Positions 1-11,600 of a stretch of 64,000 nucleotides of DNA are shown in pieces. The DNA is from a virus: positions 1 to 64,000 of IMG/VR virus record IMGVR_UViG_3300027798_000017, one strand, 5' to 3'. Position numbers and translations under genes: made by a program. The notes beneath the pieces are model-generated. The model had not been told where the DNA came from. It ran no database searches and was given only the letters and a program-made list of their open reading frames with translations. Position 1 is the first letter of the stretch. Each line of letters starts with the position of its first letter.

Positions 1-3000
1 TTAAAACAAGAATTTATCTTTCTCAATTGGTCAAGGACTGTATCTTCAGATACTTGTTCCTCACTAACAAATTTACTATTTTTTTGTGACATAGCCTGAG
101 CAACTCTTACTGATGATTCATTAATTGCAGCTAATCTGGCAGCAGATAGTTCTTCTTTAGCTTTAGTAATCTTAGCATCAATTTCTGTTGTGTCTACTTT
201 ACCGGTAGATGTTGCAGTTGTAGCTCCTACTTTATTATTTATTGTATTTGAATTAGCATAAAATACCTCTGCTTTTTTTTCAACTACAAATCCATTACCT
301 TCTTTTCTTAAAATTCCAGGTTGTATAGTAACTATTGTATCTCCATTAGGCTGATTTAACTCCTCAGTTACTACTTTAACATATCTATCAGGATAAGGAA
401 TTGCTCTAGTAAAAGAATTTTTATTATTTATAAATTTATATTCAAATTTACCATTACCAACAGGTCTTATTTCATACAAATGTTTTCCTTCAATAAATTT
501 ACTTTCTGCATTATTAAATAGATTATCACCTAATGGTGTTGATAAATAACCACTAGTATCTGGCCACTTCTCATTAAGTAATTCTTGATATGTTTTTCCA
601 GTAGTTGATTGAGTAGGTTGAGTTTTTAATAAGTCTTGTTTTTGTTTTTCTAAAGATTCTATCTCAGCTTGTTTTCTTTCTATATCAGCTGTAGTATCTG
701 CAGTAGTTGTAGCAGCTAGTTTTGCTATCTTTTCATCTATTTTTTTTACTAATTCTTTGTAAAGAAGTTCTATTTTATAAGACTCGTTTACTTCAGCTTG
801 TTGTATGTCAGGACGTAACATGCTTTTTAAAGCGCTCATTTTATATTTTGCATTATGAGCTGCCATATCCTTTTCAAATTTCTCTTTCAAGAATTTTTTT
901 TCATTTTCCAAATCAGCTTTCTGAGCTTCTATATCAGAAATAGGTTGTTGTTTTAAAGCATCTATTTCTGCATTGTATTTAGCATTAAGAACATCTAATA
1001 ATTCTTTTTCTGAATTAGCTAAAATTTGTTCTTTTTCTCCATTTTTATTTATATAAGTGCCATACCACTCTCCATTTTTAACCCATTCATTTGAACCAGC
1101 AGGAGATATGCTATTTTCTGAATAACCATCATAATTATTTTCATCAGCAACTTCATCAGAAACAGTAGTTAAACGTCTTCTATTTTCTATATCAGCTTTC
1201 TGAGCTTTTGTAGTAGCATCACCCTCACTAGCAGATTCAAGTCTATCAAAAAGATCTTGTACAGACTGTAATGGTAATGCAGGACTTCCAACAACACCTG
1301 ATGTTGTATTTTCAAATAAATCAATCTGTTCTTCTGCTTGACGTATTGCTTTCTTACGTCTAGCTTCTACGTCTTTTAATGGAACGTTAGTTAAAACTGC
1401 TTCTTTTATGTCTTCAAGTTTTCTTTTACCTTCAGGTATTTTAGAGTATTCTTCAAGTGTCTGTAAAGTAGTTTCGTTTGCTTTGTTGTATGCTGATAGA
1501 GAACGCTTAGAACTCTGAACAAACTTAGAAGTTTTAACTTTGGCATCTTCATCTTCTGACAAATTTCCTAAGAATATTGTAGCCCAGTCAATGTCACTAC
1601 GTGTAGCATTCAAGTTAGCAGCTAATTCTAATGCTCTTTCTTCTGTTTCAATTGGCTCAGTGTTAACAACAAGACCATCGCGTGATACAATATTAAATCC
1701 AATAGTTGCATCGCCTGTGACAATGAAAGGATCTTTTGTCATGTCTACTGCATCATCTGGTGTTAGTCCTTGCAAAAGATTTTGAAGCTGCTCTTCGTCT
1801 TTTGTCATTAGGTTAGAACCTTCAAGTGGATCAGTAGTTTTTTCTTCTACATCATCTTCTTGTTTTAAAACTTGTGGAATTTCTTCTTCTAATGGATCTA
1901 CATTAGGTGCGTTTTCTTCTTCATTTCTCAAACGCTCATCTTCCATAATGTTTTGAATATCAGTTATTTCAGCTGCGTATTCTTGCATTATTTCTTTTTC
2001 TCTTTCAGTAATTTCAATACCCTCCAAGTCTCTTGTTGCAATTGCCTCAAGTACAATGCTATCTACATTACCAGTAGATTGAAACTCATTGTAAACTTCA
2101 TCTGAAATTACCTCAACTATTTTACCTGTATAATCTTCAGCAACTTCCTCAGCAGTAATTAGATTTCTGTCAAGTGCAAGTTTCAAAACATCGTCTTCTG
2201 ACATTGCATCAAGTGTAGTCATGTCAAACTCACCTGATTCTACAAGAGCATCTTTAGCTTGACTAACTTTGGAACCAGGTTCAACACCTTCAGATGTACT
2301 TGCAAGTCTTTCAACTATTGCATCTATCTCAGTTTTAAATGCTTCATGTATCTCTGCTTGTTTATCAGTAAGATTTTCTTTTGATGCTAGTTTTCTTGCA
2401 ATGATTGTTTTTAATATTCCAGATGCTTTTTTAGTTTTTTGAAATTCTGCATAGTCTTCATCAGACACTTCATTAGACATAACACTTGGAGCATACTTAT
2501 CTAGTATCTCTGCAATCTTGTCTTGTATAAGTGTGTTTAGTTTTTCTACATTTTCTTGTGCAAACGTTGCGTTATCCAAACCTAAATTTTCATCAATAGT
2601 AATAAGAATTAAATTTTTATAATACTCACTATCTGTAATTGCCTTGTTTACTTCTGTATGTAGTTTTATAAGTAATTGCAACTTTTCAACGTCATCATCT
2701 AAATCAGAATTTGATACAACATATCCTATTGCATTTATAACTCTTTCATTAACGCTGTCAACAAACTCAAGTAATTCATATTTGAATCTACCATCTTGGA
2801 TGTTTGTTAATACTGCGCGATAGTATTCTGGATTATACATCATGTCCATTGCACGCATATAATCTTTTGCGTCATTGTCAAGTCTGATAAAGTCAACAAT
2901 TTTGTCAAAAGCATTTCTAAGATCTTCTTCTGAAACTACTGTGGCATTACCCATTTCTTTATTCTTCAGATTGATAAATTCTCTAAAAACTTTAACTATT

Positions 3001-6000
3001 TCTTCATCATCTAATGAATATATAGTAGCATCTTTCTTAATAAGAACTTTGTTGTCGTCATACTCATCTACTTTTTTAGAAACACCAACAAAAGTATCTT
3101 TCACCTTTTCACGCACTTCACCTTCAGAAGTTTCATCTTCTCTTTTAAGTATCTGCTCGCGATCTTCCCAGAACCCTAACCACTTGTCATATACCTCAAC
3201 AAGTTTTTTCTTATCCTTAATTTTTTCTTGTACTGCAACTTTTTGGTCTCCTTCTAATACATTAAGACTTTCTTCAAGTAATTTTATATCAGCAAGCATG
3301 TTTCCTGTTTCACCTTTGAACATATCAGGATTGGTAAGAACACGTAATGCATACTCTGATGAGCCAGCAAATGAAGGTATCTGTAAAAGTTCTTGTGATA
3401 TTTTTTCTGCACGCTCAGATGCACGTGATGCTTTAATAGTATTAAGTGCAATGATTCTTATTGCTTCTTCTTGAGCATTATGCATTATTGTAGCAACAAG
3501 TCTATTCTTTGAACCCTTCTCATACATCAGTGGATCAGGAAGATTGCTAACCTTTTTACGTATCCCATCAATAGTGTCAGAATATTTTTTAACATCTTTA
3601 GCCATTGCTGAAGTAAAATCTGCAACAGTCTCATATTTAGTGTCTTCTAACTTAACACCAAATGCTGCTTCAAATTCTTCATTACTCATTACCTTGCCCA
3701 TCTCACGAATAGCTTGTTGGTATACAGCAATACTACCAGTACGATTTGCAGCCAATGCTCCTGATAATACAGAATTGTCTTGTCCATTTTGCCATTCATA
3801 CTGAAGTCCTTTTGCAGCTGCTTCTGTTTGACGTAAAGATGAATCAACCTGATTTCTAAAGTTAACAATAGTATCTTCTAATTTTCCATTTGACATTTGT
3901 TGCATTACATCATTTTGAAGATTGATGTCTCGCTTTAACTGCTCACGCATTTTAACATATGGATTTTCAGATGGATTGTCCTTATAAGAACGCTCCACAC
4001 TTTTTTCCTGCATGTAATTTGTAAACTTACTTACACTAGCTGTAACAGGACGTATCATTGAACCTGTTAATGCTCCTTGTAAAAATGTTCTTAAACCTTG
4101 CTTAGTAAACTGTTCGTCAAGTCCTTTTTCAAAAGCTTCACCCAATGTATACTTGATTCCATTATACTGTCCAGCATAGTAATTCTTCCAAGCTGAACCT
4201 GTCATTTCTTGCAAGTTTTCCTGAAGACCTTCAGTTACTTCAAAACGTAAAACATCTTTTGAGAATTGTTTTCCAAATTCATATAGTGCTTGTTTTCTTC
4301 CAAAGTCTTTTGATATTTTACCAAGTAAACCATACGTACCAAAAAATCCTTTTTCATATGTTTTACCTAAAAGTTTACTTGACTTCCACATTCTATTAGT
4401 ACCAAGAACATTCTCAGCTCCTTCTTGTAATAATTCTTTTGTCCATTTATTTGCACCAGCAAAGCGATTAAATAAAGAACCAAATTGTAATCTATTGGTT
4501 GCTAAAAGAATTCCAAGATTTGTATTGTAACTTGCTGAAGATGACTTCATTGATAGTTCTCTCATTTTGGCAAACTCTGTAGCTGGTGGATTTTCTCCAT
4601 CATGATCAGCGCGATACTGTTCTACCATCATATCAAGTGTAGAACCATATGCTGTTATTGCTTCAAAGTTTGCTTCAGTAGAAGACATGTTAAATTCTTG
4701 AACCATACGTCTTGCACCTTGCAATCCAATACCTACAAGTTTACCTGTGCTCAATCCACCTTTTGCACCTGCTGCAATTTTTTCACCATAACGAATACCT
4801 GTACCAAGTAAAGGTGTTCCTTTTGCAATATTGCCAGCAAGTTGAGTAAAAGATTTTGATTTTATTATATTACGCATGTTAAGCGTGTAGATATCAAATA
4901 CCTCTTTCATTGATTGTCTGAGAGCATCTGATCCAACTTTACCTGCAGTTGCAACTTTACGTGCTTGATTGGCTTGATTAGTAACCTTGCCTGCAGCAGA
5001 TAATGCATCTGTTGATTGGTTTGCAAGATGAAATGCACCTTTACCCATATCAGCAACAAAATCTGTAAATCTAAATGCAGCACCTTTTGCACTTTGTTTT
5101 ATACCAGCTTTTGTACCAGCAACTACAGCTTCTTTTGCTCCAAATCTAGCAGCGGTTGCTCCAAATGAACCTATTCCACCACCACCTGTTACAGCAGTAA
5201 GAACAGCATCACCAACCAGTTCAAGTCCTAACGCTGCAAATGTACCTAATGCAAATCCTGCATTACCCACAAATTCAGATACAGAACGTTTGCTCCATAT
5301 ATCATCTTCTTCTTCTGGTGGTACAAACACAAAGTTTTTCATTGACTCTTTGTACTCATCAAAGTTTGCGTCAATCATCTCACCTTCTGAGTACTTTAAC
5401 TTAGACCAGTCAGCACCTACAACTGCATCAAACATTCTTCCATAAGATGCAAAACTGTCTGTAAATGTGTTACCAAATCTTGTAGCAAAACTGTCAAAAC
5501 CTTTACCTAATGCTGAACCCCATGTTTCCTGTTCAATGTATCCTTTTTGTTTGTCAGGATTAAAATAGTTAAAACCTTGAGGATCAAAGTCATCTTGATA
5601 CCTAAACATATCAAGATCTTTACCTGCATAACGTGTCTTTGGACCAACAACAGGATTTACTTTGTCATAAATTGATTTAGGTTCATATCTTTCAACAAAG
5701 ATTTCATTAGCATTTGAATCAATAACCTGAGTCATTGCACTCATGAAATCACTTGGCATATTATTGTTACCAGAAATATTTGGTTTTGGAGGTGCAGATG
5801 GTGTACCAAAGCCATCGCCTGGGCCACCAGGAACAATGCTATTAATATCAAAAGATGCTGGTGTATCATTTTGAGCTTGTAGTGCAGCAGAGTCCATCTC
5901 AAGTGCTGATTCAACATTTAAGTCTTGAGCTATGTCAGCTGCTGAAGCATTAGAAAGCATTTCAGCTGATTGCTCCATTCCCATTTCTAATTCTTCTGCC

Positions 6001-6002
6001 AT
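1..6002 (-). CDS. Giant virion/cargo protein (>=2000 aa, runs off the left edge), crAss-like ejected-protein/vRNAP-cluster type
   Basis: ATG at 6002-6000 overlaps the upstream stop (TAATG) and translates MAEELEMGMEQSAEMLS... I spot-checked the same frame as open at ~3000, 1260-660 and 60-1 (...EDTVLDQLRKINSCF). It has a hydrophobic Gly/Ala segment (FVGNAGFALGTFAALGLELV). It is absent from the ORF track, presumably because no stop lies in the window. No RNAP DxDxD motif was recognised in the parts read. Confidence 0.8.
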   Translation of the reverse strand, partial: MAEELEMGMEQSAEMLSNASAADIAQDLNVESALEMDSAALQAQNDTPASFDINSIVPGGPGDGFGTPSAPPKPNISGNNNMPSDFMSAMTQVIDSNANEIFVERYEPKSIYDKVNPVVGPKTRYAGKDLDMFRYQDDFDPQGFNYFNPDKQKGYIEQETWGSALGKGFDSFATRFGNTFTDSFASYGRMFDAVVGADWSKLKYSEGEMIDANFDEYKESMKNFVFVPPEEEDDIWSKRSVSEFVGNAGFALGTFAALGLELVGDAVLTAVTGGGGIGSFGATAARFGAKEAVVAGTKAGIKQSAKGAAFRFTDFVADMGKGAFHLANQSTDALSAAGKVTNQANQARKVATAGKVGSDALRQSMKEVFDIYTLNMRNIIKSKSFTQLAGNIAKGTPLLGTGIRYGEKIAAGAKGGLSTGKLVGIGLQGARRMVQEFNMSSTEANFEAITAYGSTLDMMVEQYRADHDGENPPATEFAKMRELSMKSSSASYNTNLGILLATNRLQFGSLFNRFAGANKWTKELLQEGAENVLGTNRMWKSSKLLGKTYEKGFFGTYGLLGKISKDFGRKQALYEFGKQFSKDVLRFEVTEGLQENLQEMTGSAWKNYYAGQYNGIKYTLGEAFEKGLDEQFTKQGLRTFLQGALTGSMIRPVTASVSKFTNYMQEKSVERSYKDNPSENPYVKMREQLKRDINLQNDVMQQMSNGKLEDTIVNFRNQVDSSLRQTEAAAKGLQYEWQNGQDNSVLSGALAANRTGSIAVYQQAIREMGKVMSNEEFEAAFGVKLEDTKYETVADFTSAMAKDVKKYSDTIDGIRKKVSNLPDPLMYEKGSKNRLVATIMHNAQEEAIRIIALNTIKASRASERAEKISQELLQIPSFAGSSEYALRVLTNPDMFKGETGNMLADIKLLEESLNVLEGDQKVAVQEKIKDKKKLVEVYDKWLGFWEDREQILKREDETSEGEVREKVKDTFVGVSKKVDEYDDNKVLIKKDATIYSLDDEEIVKVFREFINLKNKEMGNATVVSEEDLRNAFDKIVDFIRLDNDAKDYMRAMDMMYNPEYYRAVLTNIQDGRFKYELLEFVDSVNERVINAIGYVVSNSDLDDDVEKLQLLIKLHTEVNKAITDSEYYKNLILITIDENLGLDNATFAQENVEKLNTLIQDKIAEILDKYAPSVMSNEVSDEDYAEFQKTKKASGILKTIIARKLASKENLTDKQAEIHEAFKTEIDAIVERLASTSEGVEPGSKVSQAKDALVESGEFDMTTLDAMSEDDVLKLALDRNLITAEEVAEDYTGKIVEVISDEVYNEFQSTGNVDSIVLEAIATRDLEGIEITEREKEIMQEYAAEITDIQNIMEDERLRNEEENAPNVDPLEEEIPQVLKQEDDVEEKTTDPLEGSNLMTKDEEQLQNLLQGLTPDDAVDMTKDPFIVTGDATIGFNIVSRDGLVVNTEPIETEERALELAANLNATRSDIDWATIFLGNLSEDEDAKVKTSKFVQSSKRSLSAYNKANETTLQTLEEYSKIPEGKRKLEDIKEAVLTNVPLKDVEARRKKAIRQAEEQIDLFENTTSGVVGSPALPLQSVQDLFDRLESASEGDATTKAQKADIENRRRLTTVSDEVADENNYDGYSENSISPAGSNEWVKNGEWYGTYINKNGEKEQILANSEKELLDVLNAKYNAEIDALKQQPISDIEAQKADLENEKKFLKEKFEKDMAAHNAKYKMSALKSMLRPDIQQAEVNESYKIELLYKELVKKIDEKIAKLAATTTADTTADIERKQAEIESLEKQKQDLLKTQPTQSTTGKTYQELLNEKWPDTSGYLSTPLGDNLFNNAESKFIEGKHLYEIRPVGNGKFEYKFINNKNSFTRAIPYPDRYVKVVTEELNQPNGDTIVTIQPGILRKEGNGFVVEKKAEVFYANSNTINNKVGATTATSTGKVDTTEIDAKITKAKEELSAARLAAINESSVRVAQAMSQKNSKFVSEEQVSEDTVLDQLRKINSCF

Positions 6003-8689
6003 TAGTTATCTATTTCTGGATATTGAATTAAATCTTGTTCATCAAATTGCGATTCATAAATACCTGTGGCATTTTGATAGTTTGTCCATGTAGAGTTTAT
6101 TAACTCTGATATTTGCATAAACTGCTGAGGATCATTTGGATCAATTTGATAAAATCTACTTGTATTTTCTCTTACACCTTTTTGTGGATTCAATAAAGTA
6201 AATCCTAAATTAATACCATATTGACCTTTTGAATTTCTTACACCAGCAGCTGTCCAGTCAAAACCTGTAGATGTCATATTAGATGGAGCTTCTACTCTAG
6301 CATTTGGATTTCTAGAAAAGTTTTCCATTATACCATAAGAGTCTTCAATTATAGAATTATTACTTATGTATTTCTTCAAACGTCCTAGCGCAGGTGTGTT
6401 TGATACATATGAATATGGCAATTTTACTCTAATAGTTTCTCCTGCTGGAAGTTTCATTGTTTTTGCTTCACCACTATCTGGAGCTACTTTCAAATCTACA
6501 TAAACATTTTGACCACTAGGATCAAAACTTGCTGTATAAGATTCACCAAATAATTTTATTTGACTTGCGTATGGTAAATTCTTAATTAAAGCTGGATCAA
6601 TCTTCTCACCATTTGATTTTGTTATTGAGATGTTTTTATCAGCACTGTTAAAGAATTGGTAAAGTTCATCAGAAGATGGCTTAGTCATACTGTACGTTGA
6701 ACCAATTGGTCTTGTTCTTGCCTCAAATTCTGAACCTACAACTTTAGATAACTGAGTTCTTTTAGCTTCTGGTAATGATGATAAGTCAAAGATGGGAGTG
6801 CCATCAGCCATACGCGATACAATTTTTGCACCTTGATATGTTGACTTTACTTTACCAGTTCTATAATCATAAACCTCAGTTGCAACTTGTTTGTAGCTTT
6901 TATCAATTTCTTTTTGCTCTTGCAAAATACCCTTCATGGATGTAATTGTTCCACTAAATGAAGTTGCATACTTTCTACCTTCAGAAGATTTACCATTGTC
7001 AGTATATAACTGCAACACTTTGTTTGCTGTTGTGTATGTATTAGCTGCTAGTGTTTGAAGTAAAGCATCAGCTCCAGCTGCACTATTTGCACCCTCAAGA
7101 GATTTGTTATAACCAATTAATCGTCCATACTGTTTAAGAGTACCAAGTTCCTCACCTGTAAGTGCTTGACCTGATCCTTGCGCAACTTTTTGCAGTTTTG
7201 CCAATACACCATAGTACTTTGAATGATCTTGATTTTTTGGTATAACCATATTCATTAAACCATCCTGTGCACCAAACGCATTGTTAAATAATTCTGTTCT
7301 GTTTTTGCTATTGGCAGACTTTAAAATATCTACACCAGTAGTTCCAGGAGCACCAACATAATCACCAACATATGTCTCAGAAGGAAGTTTACCATCAGCT
7401 TTTAACTTCATGATTTCAATCTCTTCTGTTTTTTGCAATTTGTACAACTCCATTTGTTGATTATCTTGGTGTATCTTTGCACGTAATGCTCTATCAGCAG
7501 CAGCTCTTGCATTTGCAGCAGCCCTGTCCATATCAGATATTACTTTCTGATCTGGTTTAATGTCTAGCTCAGCAGTTGCTTGTGCTGTGCTTACTCCCCA
7601 AATAGTTGCTGCATTCTTCTTTGCTTGTGAAGCAAGTATGCTATGAAGATTTGAAGCTGTGTAATTCTCAGGATCTTCTTCTACTTTTTTTACTTCAGAC
7701 TCAGACTGTGTTTTAGATGCGCTTAACTGATAGCGTGTATCTAAAAGTTTATCATACTTTTGAAGTATGTCTTGTCTACCAGAAGGAATACCTTGTGGGT
7801 ATAAATCTTTAATTACTTGAATCTGAGTTTCTACATCTTGAAGACTTGTTGATGTTTCTTGAAGATCTTCTTTTTGTGATTTGACATATTCAGTTGAAAG
7901 ACTTTTAGCTACTTGATTTGTTGCATCTTGACGTGTATAGCCTTGTGCTACCAAATCACGTATTTGACTTTCTGCTGTCACACGTCCAATAACTCCTAAC
8001 TGTCTATCAAAGCGATTACCCATAGTCATTGCAGCCCAATTACTAAAAGGAACTTCAGCATATTTACCATTGGTATATGTCATTATGTATCCTTTACCAT
8101 CAGGTCTAGCAAATTTAACTTGTAATTTTGCATCTTTTGCAGCACCAGATAAGTATTCATTTACATCATCAAATGGTGTAAAGTCTCGTTGCTGTACTGA
8201 CATAATTGAACCATCACCACGTTTTGCTTTACGCAAATCTTCTTCAGCAAACATTAAATCCAACTTAGAATAATCACTATACTGAGCACGTACTTTTGCA
8301 TCAGTATTGTTCATATAACTATTCATAATCTGCTTTTGACCATCATGATGTTTTGTTACATACATGTCGTATGCTAACTCCTTATCATCAGTAATTGGAT
8401 CAAGTAAGTTTTGAGCACGTGTTACATTTGTTGGATCAGATAAGTCTAAAGCAGATACATTACGTAAACTGCCTTGTATCTTTTCAAACATTTGCTGTCT
8501 AAACTGTTGATTTTGACTATTTGTCAAAGGATTGTTTAATGCAGAGTTATAAAGATTTTTAACTTGATTAAAACCTTTATCATAACGTGCTTGTGTTACA
8601 CCATATACTTGTGCTAGAAATGACCAGTCAGGAGACCATGGTTTTATTTCTGCTATTGCACTTGCATCTCCTGGAATAATATTTGCCAT
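6002..8689 (-). CDS. Putative internal virion (cargo) protein, 895 aa
   Basis: Long ORF with coiled-coil-like middle, translationally coupled to the giant gene; position matches crAss-like cargo genes. Confidence 0.7.
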   Translation of the reverse strand: MANIIPGDASAIAEIKPWSPDWSFLAQVYGVTQARYDKGFNQVKNLYNSALNNPLTNSQNQQFRQQMFEKIQGSLRNVSALDLSDPTNVTRAQNLLDPITDDKELAYDMYVTKHHDGQKQIMNSYMNNTDAKVRAQYSDYSKLDLMFAEEDLRKAKRGDGSIMSVQQRDFTPFDDVNEYLSGAAKDAKLQVKFARPDGKGYIMTYTNGKYAEVPFSNWAAMTMGNRFDRQLGVIGRVTAESQIRDLVAQGYTRQDATNQVAKSLSTEYVKSQKEDLQETSTSLQDVETQIQVIKDLYPQGIPSGRQDILQKYDKLLDTRYQLSASKTQSESEVKKVEEDPENYTASNLHSILASQAKKNAATIWGVSTAQATAELDIKPDQKVISDMDRAAANARAAADRALRAKIHQDNQQMELYKLQKTEEIEIMKLKADGKLPSETYVGDYVGAPGTTGVDILKSANSKNRTELFNNAFGAQDGLMNMVIPKNQDHSKYYGVLAKLQKVAQGSGQALTGEELGTLKQYGRLIGYNKSLEGANSAAGADALLQTLAANTYTTANKVLQLYTDNGKSSEGRKYATSFSGTITSMKGILQEQKEIDKSYKQVATEVYDYRTGKVKSTYQGAKIVSRMADGTPIFDLSSLPEAKRTQLSKVVGSEFEARTRPIGSTYSMTKPSSDELYQFFNSADKNISITKSNGEKIDPALIKNLPYASQIKLFGESYTASFDPSGQNVYVDLKVAPDSGEAKTMKLPAGETIRVKLPYSYVSNTPALGRLKKYISNNSIIEDSYGIMENFSRNPNARVEAPSNMTSTGFDWTAAGVRNSKGQYGINLGFTLLNPQKGVRENTSRFYQIDPNDPQQFMQISELINSTWTNYQNATGIYESQFDEQDLIQYPEIDN

Positions 8690-8699
8690 AAGTTTCTAA

Positions 8700-11600
8700 T
8701 TAATAATCATCAAAGTAACTTCCACCAAATTCAAATGAACCAGGTGCTGTATAAAATACTCCACCAAACTCAGCACCAAACAATGAATTTGTATTTGCCA
8801 CGTATTGTTGTTGTTGTGTTTTATTTGCACGAGAATTATTCTGTTGAAGACATGAGGCTTCCATTCTTGAAGCATATTCTTTTTTAGCAGCTTCATCTCT
8901 TGAAGCATCATTTTTTACTGAGTTATATGCTTCTGCGTAAACACCAGAACAATCAGATTGCCCAGATAAATTACCTCCAGGTGATACACTTGTATCAGGA
9001 CCAAGTGGATTTTTTCCATTTCCTGACCAAGAATAATCTGGTGTAATTCTATTTGCCCATTGTGCTTGTGGATATGCTAGTCTAAATCCATTGTCTTTAA
9101 ACACATTACCCCAACCAGTATTATAAAGCATTGCATTTTGTGCATCTTTTTTATTCAACTGTGCAGCAAATTCCTCTTTACCAACTTCAGAATCAACATC
9201 AAATTGACGTCTACCTTGCATGTTTGCAGCATCGTAGTTGTATTGAAGCTGACCAATTCTACCAAGATAATTATTAACAGTGTCAACATTTTTTTCTTCA
9301 ACACCAGCAATACCTTTGGCAAGTGCATCATAACCTTCACCAGCACCCATTGCATTTGCAACAGTTGGATCTAGTGTGTTCATTGCAAGATCTGCCTTTT
9401 GTTTTGATAATCCTGTTATACCAGCAATTTGTGTAATTGGATTGTTTAAGTCATAACCTGAATAGATTTGTGGCATCTGACGTAAAACAGCATTTGGATG
9501 TGGTACACGTTGTCTTTCACCTGTTGCAAGATTAATTACATCAGGAGTAAACCATGTATCTGGTTGGCGTTTTTTTGGTGGTATAAGTTCATCTTTAGGT
9601 TTTTCTTTAGGAACCTCACAATTTGTATTAGCCAATTCAAGAGTGTCATATTGAGTAGCTTTAACCACCTTATCTCCTGTTGGAGCTGTTGGTGTTTCAC
9701 CTTCTTTATATGAAACAGTTTGAACTGATTTAGTGCCATCTGAATTTTCAACACAATAAAACGCTTGTTTCTCACCAGGTTTTACTTGTGGCTGTGGTGG
9801 TTTTGCTTTGTAACCTAAACGTTCAAATAAAGTAGTATCTGTATTGTAATTATCAATACCAGAAACTTTTCCTTTAATACCAAAAATAGATTCATCGTTT
9901 TGTCCTGATGCATCCCAACTAGCAAAATCTGCATACTTTGGATTATTTTGCAATGTTCTTCTATAAGATATATACGTGCCTTGACCCATATAGTTTTTAG
10001 AAAAATCTAAATCACCTAATCCATTTGGATTTGCCTTTATCAAATCTGCAGCAGTTTTATTTACATATGCTCCTTGTCCAGAAGTACCAGCTATATTTTG
10101 ATCTGCTGAACGTCCTAAGTTAAAAGCTGCAAGTCTTGCATTGTTCTGTTCAAACTGCATCATGTTATTGATGATAGCTTCTTCATCATCTTGAATTTTT
10201 TCTACATCTTTACCATAACTTGCATGATATCCAGCACGTTTTGTTGCATCTCCACTGTACATACCTTTGCCAGCATCATTAACATCTAGTTTATATTGTG
10301 CTGCAATATCTTTTCTTAGCTCTTTGTTAAGACGTATTTGGTTGTTAGAGTTTTGGAAATCTACATATGCTTGTTTATTACCATTCCATTTAAGATCAAC
10401 ATAATCTTGTTCTTCTTTGGTAAGTATGTCAGGTGTAATCCAAGTAGAACTTGCACGTGTAACAGGTGGTTCATGACTTTTGTAAGATTCCCCAGTTTCA
10501 TTATTTCTTCTACCAACAATTTTGGTTTCATCAGTTGCATCACGTATGATTACAATTGTAGTTGGTGGACCTCCATTTGGATCTGTAAAAATCTGTTTGT
10601 ATCTTTTTGTTTTTTGTCCTGTTGATGGAATTGTATAGTCATCTAGATATTCTTCTTTTGGAGGATCACCAGGACCTGTAACAGTACCTGCACCTGCATA
10701 CTTAGGAAGAACAGAGCCACCTCTATTGTATCTTAATTTTCCTTCTTCATCAATAAGTCCACCATATCTAAATTGTTGATTATTAATTCTCATTGTCTGA
10801 CCAACAACTCCACCTGTTTTAAATTTAAAGTCATCATCAGTAAGACCATTTTCAAACTTAGGTTTTTCTTTTGCAGGTGATTTCACTGGTGCAATAACAG
10901 ATTTTTTCTGAGTTTGATTTGAAGTACCAGAACCTGATTGATTTGTAGTTGACCCTGGATTTAGTTTCATTTCTTCATTCAAAATATCAATTATACTTCC
11001 TGTTCCAACATCTTCAGCAGGTTTGATTGCATAAACAACTGGTTTACCAGGTTTAGATTCAGCAGCTGTTGCTTTAGCATTAAGTTCTTTTACTAAATTT
11101 GCATCTGATACAGCCATCTCTGCACCATCTTCTGTGTATTCTGTCCATACAGCTTTACCATTTGCATCTGTGTCTACTCTAAATGTAGAATTAGGTAATG
11201 CATTAACTTTATACTCAGCTTTAAATGTTGTTGCACTAGAAGGTTTATTATCATTTTTATAAAGACTAGTATAAACTTCTTTGACTTTACCTTCTGTATC
11301 AAAACGCTCAAAAGAATCAGACTCACTCATGCCAATTAACCCTTCTGTATTACCACTTCCTCCTGAAGATGTTTGACCTTTAAATGCCAATGGATTTGTT
11401 GCTGACACATTTGTACTTTTTATTCTGTCATGTTGTTGTGTAACATCTTCAACAAATGATATTAAAGTCTCATCATCACCAAAACCAAATTTTTTATCTT
11501 GTATTGGATTACCTAAATCATAATCTAAAAATCCAAGCCATCCTGAAGAATTTGGTGTTACATTAGATTTTTGTACATCATTGTACCATCCAAGATATTG

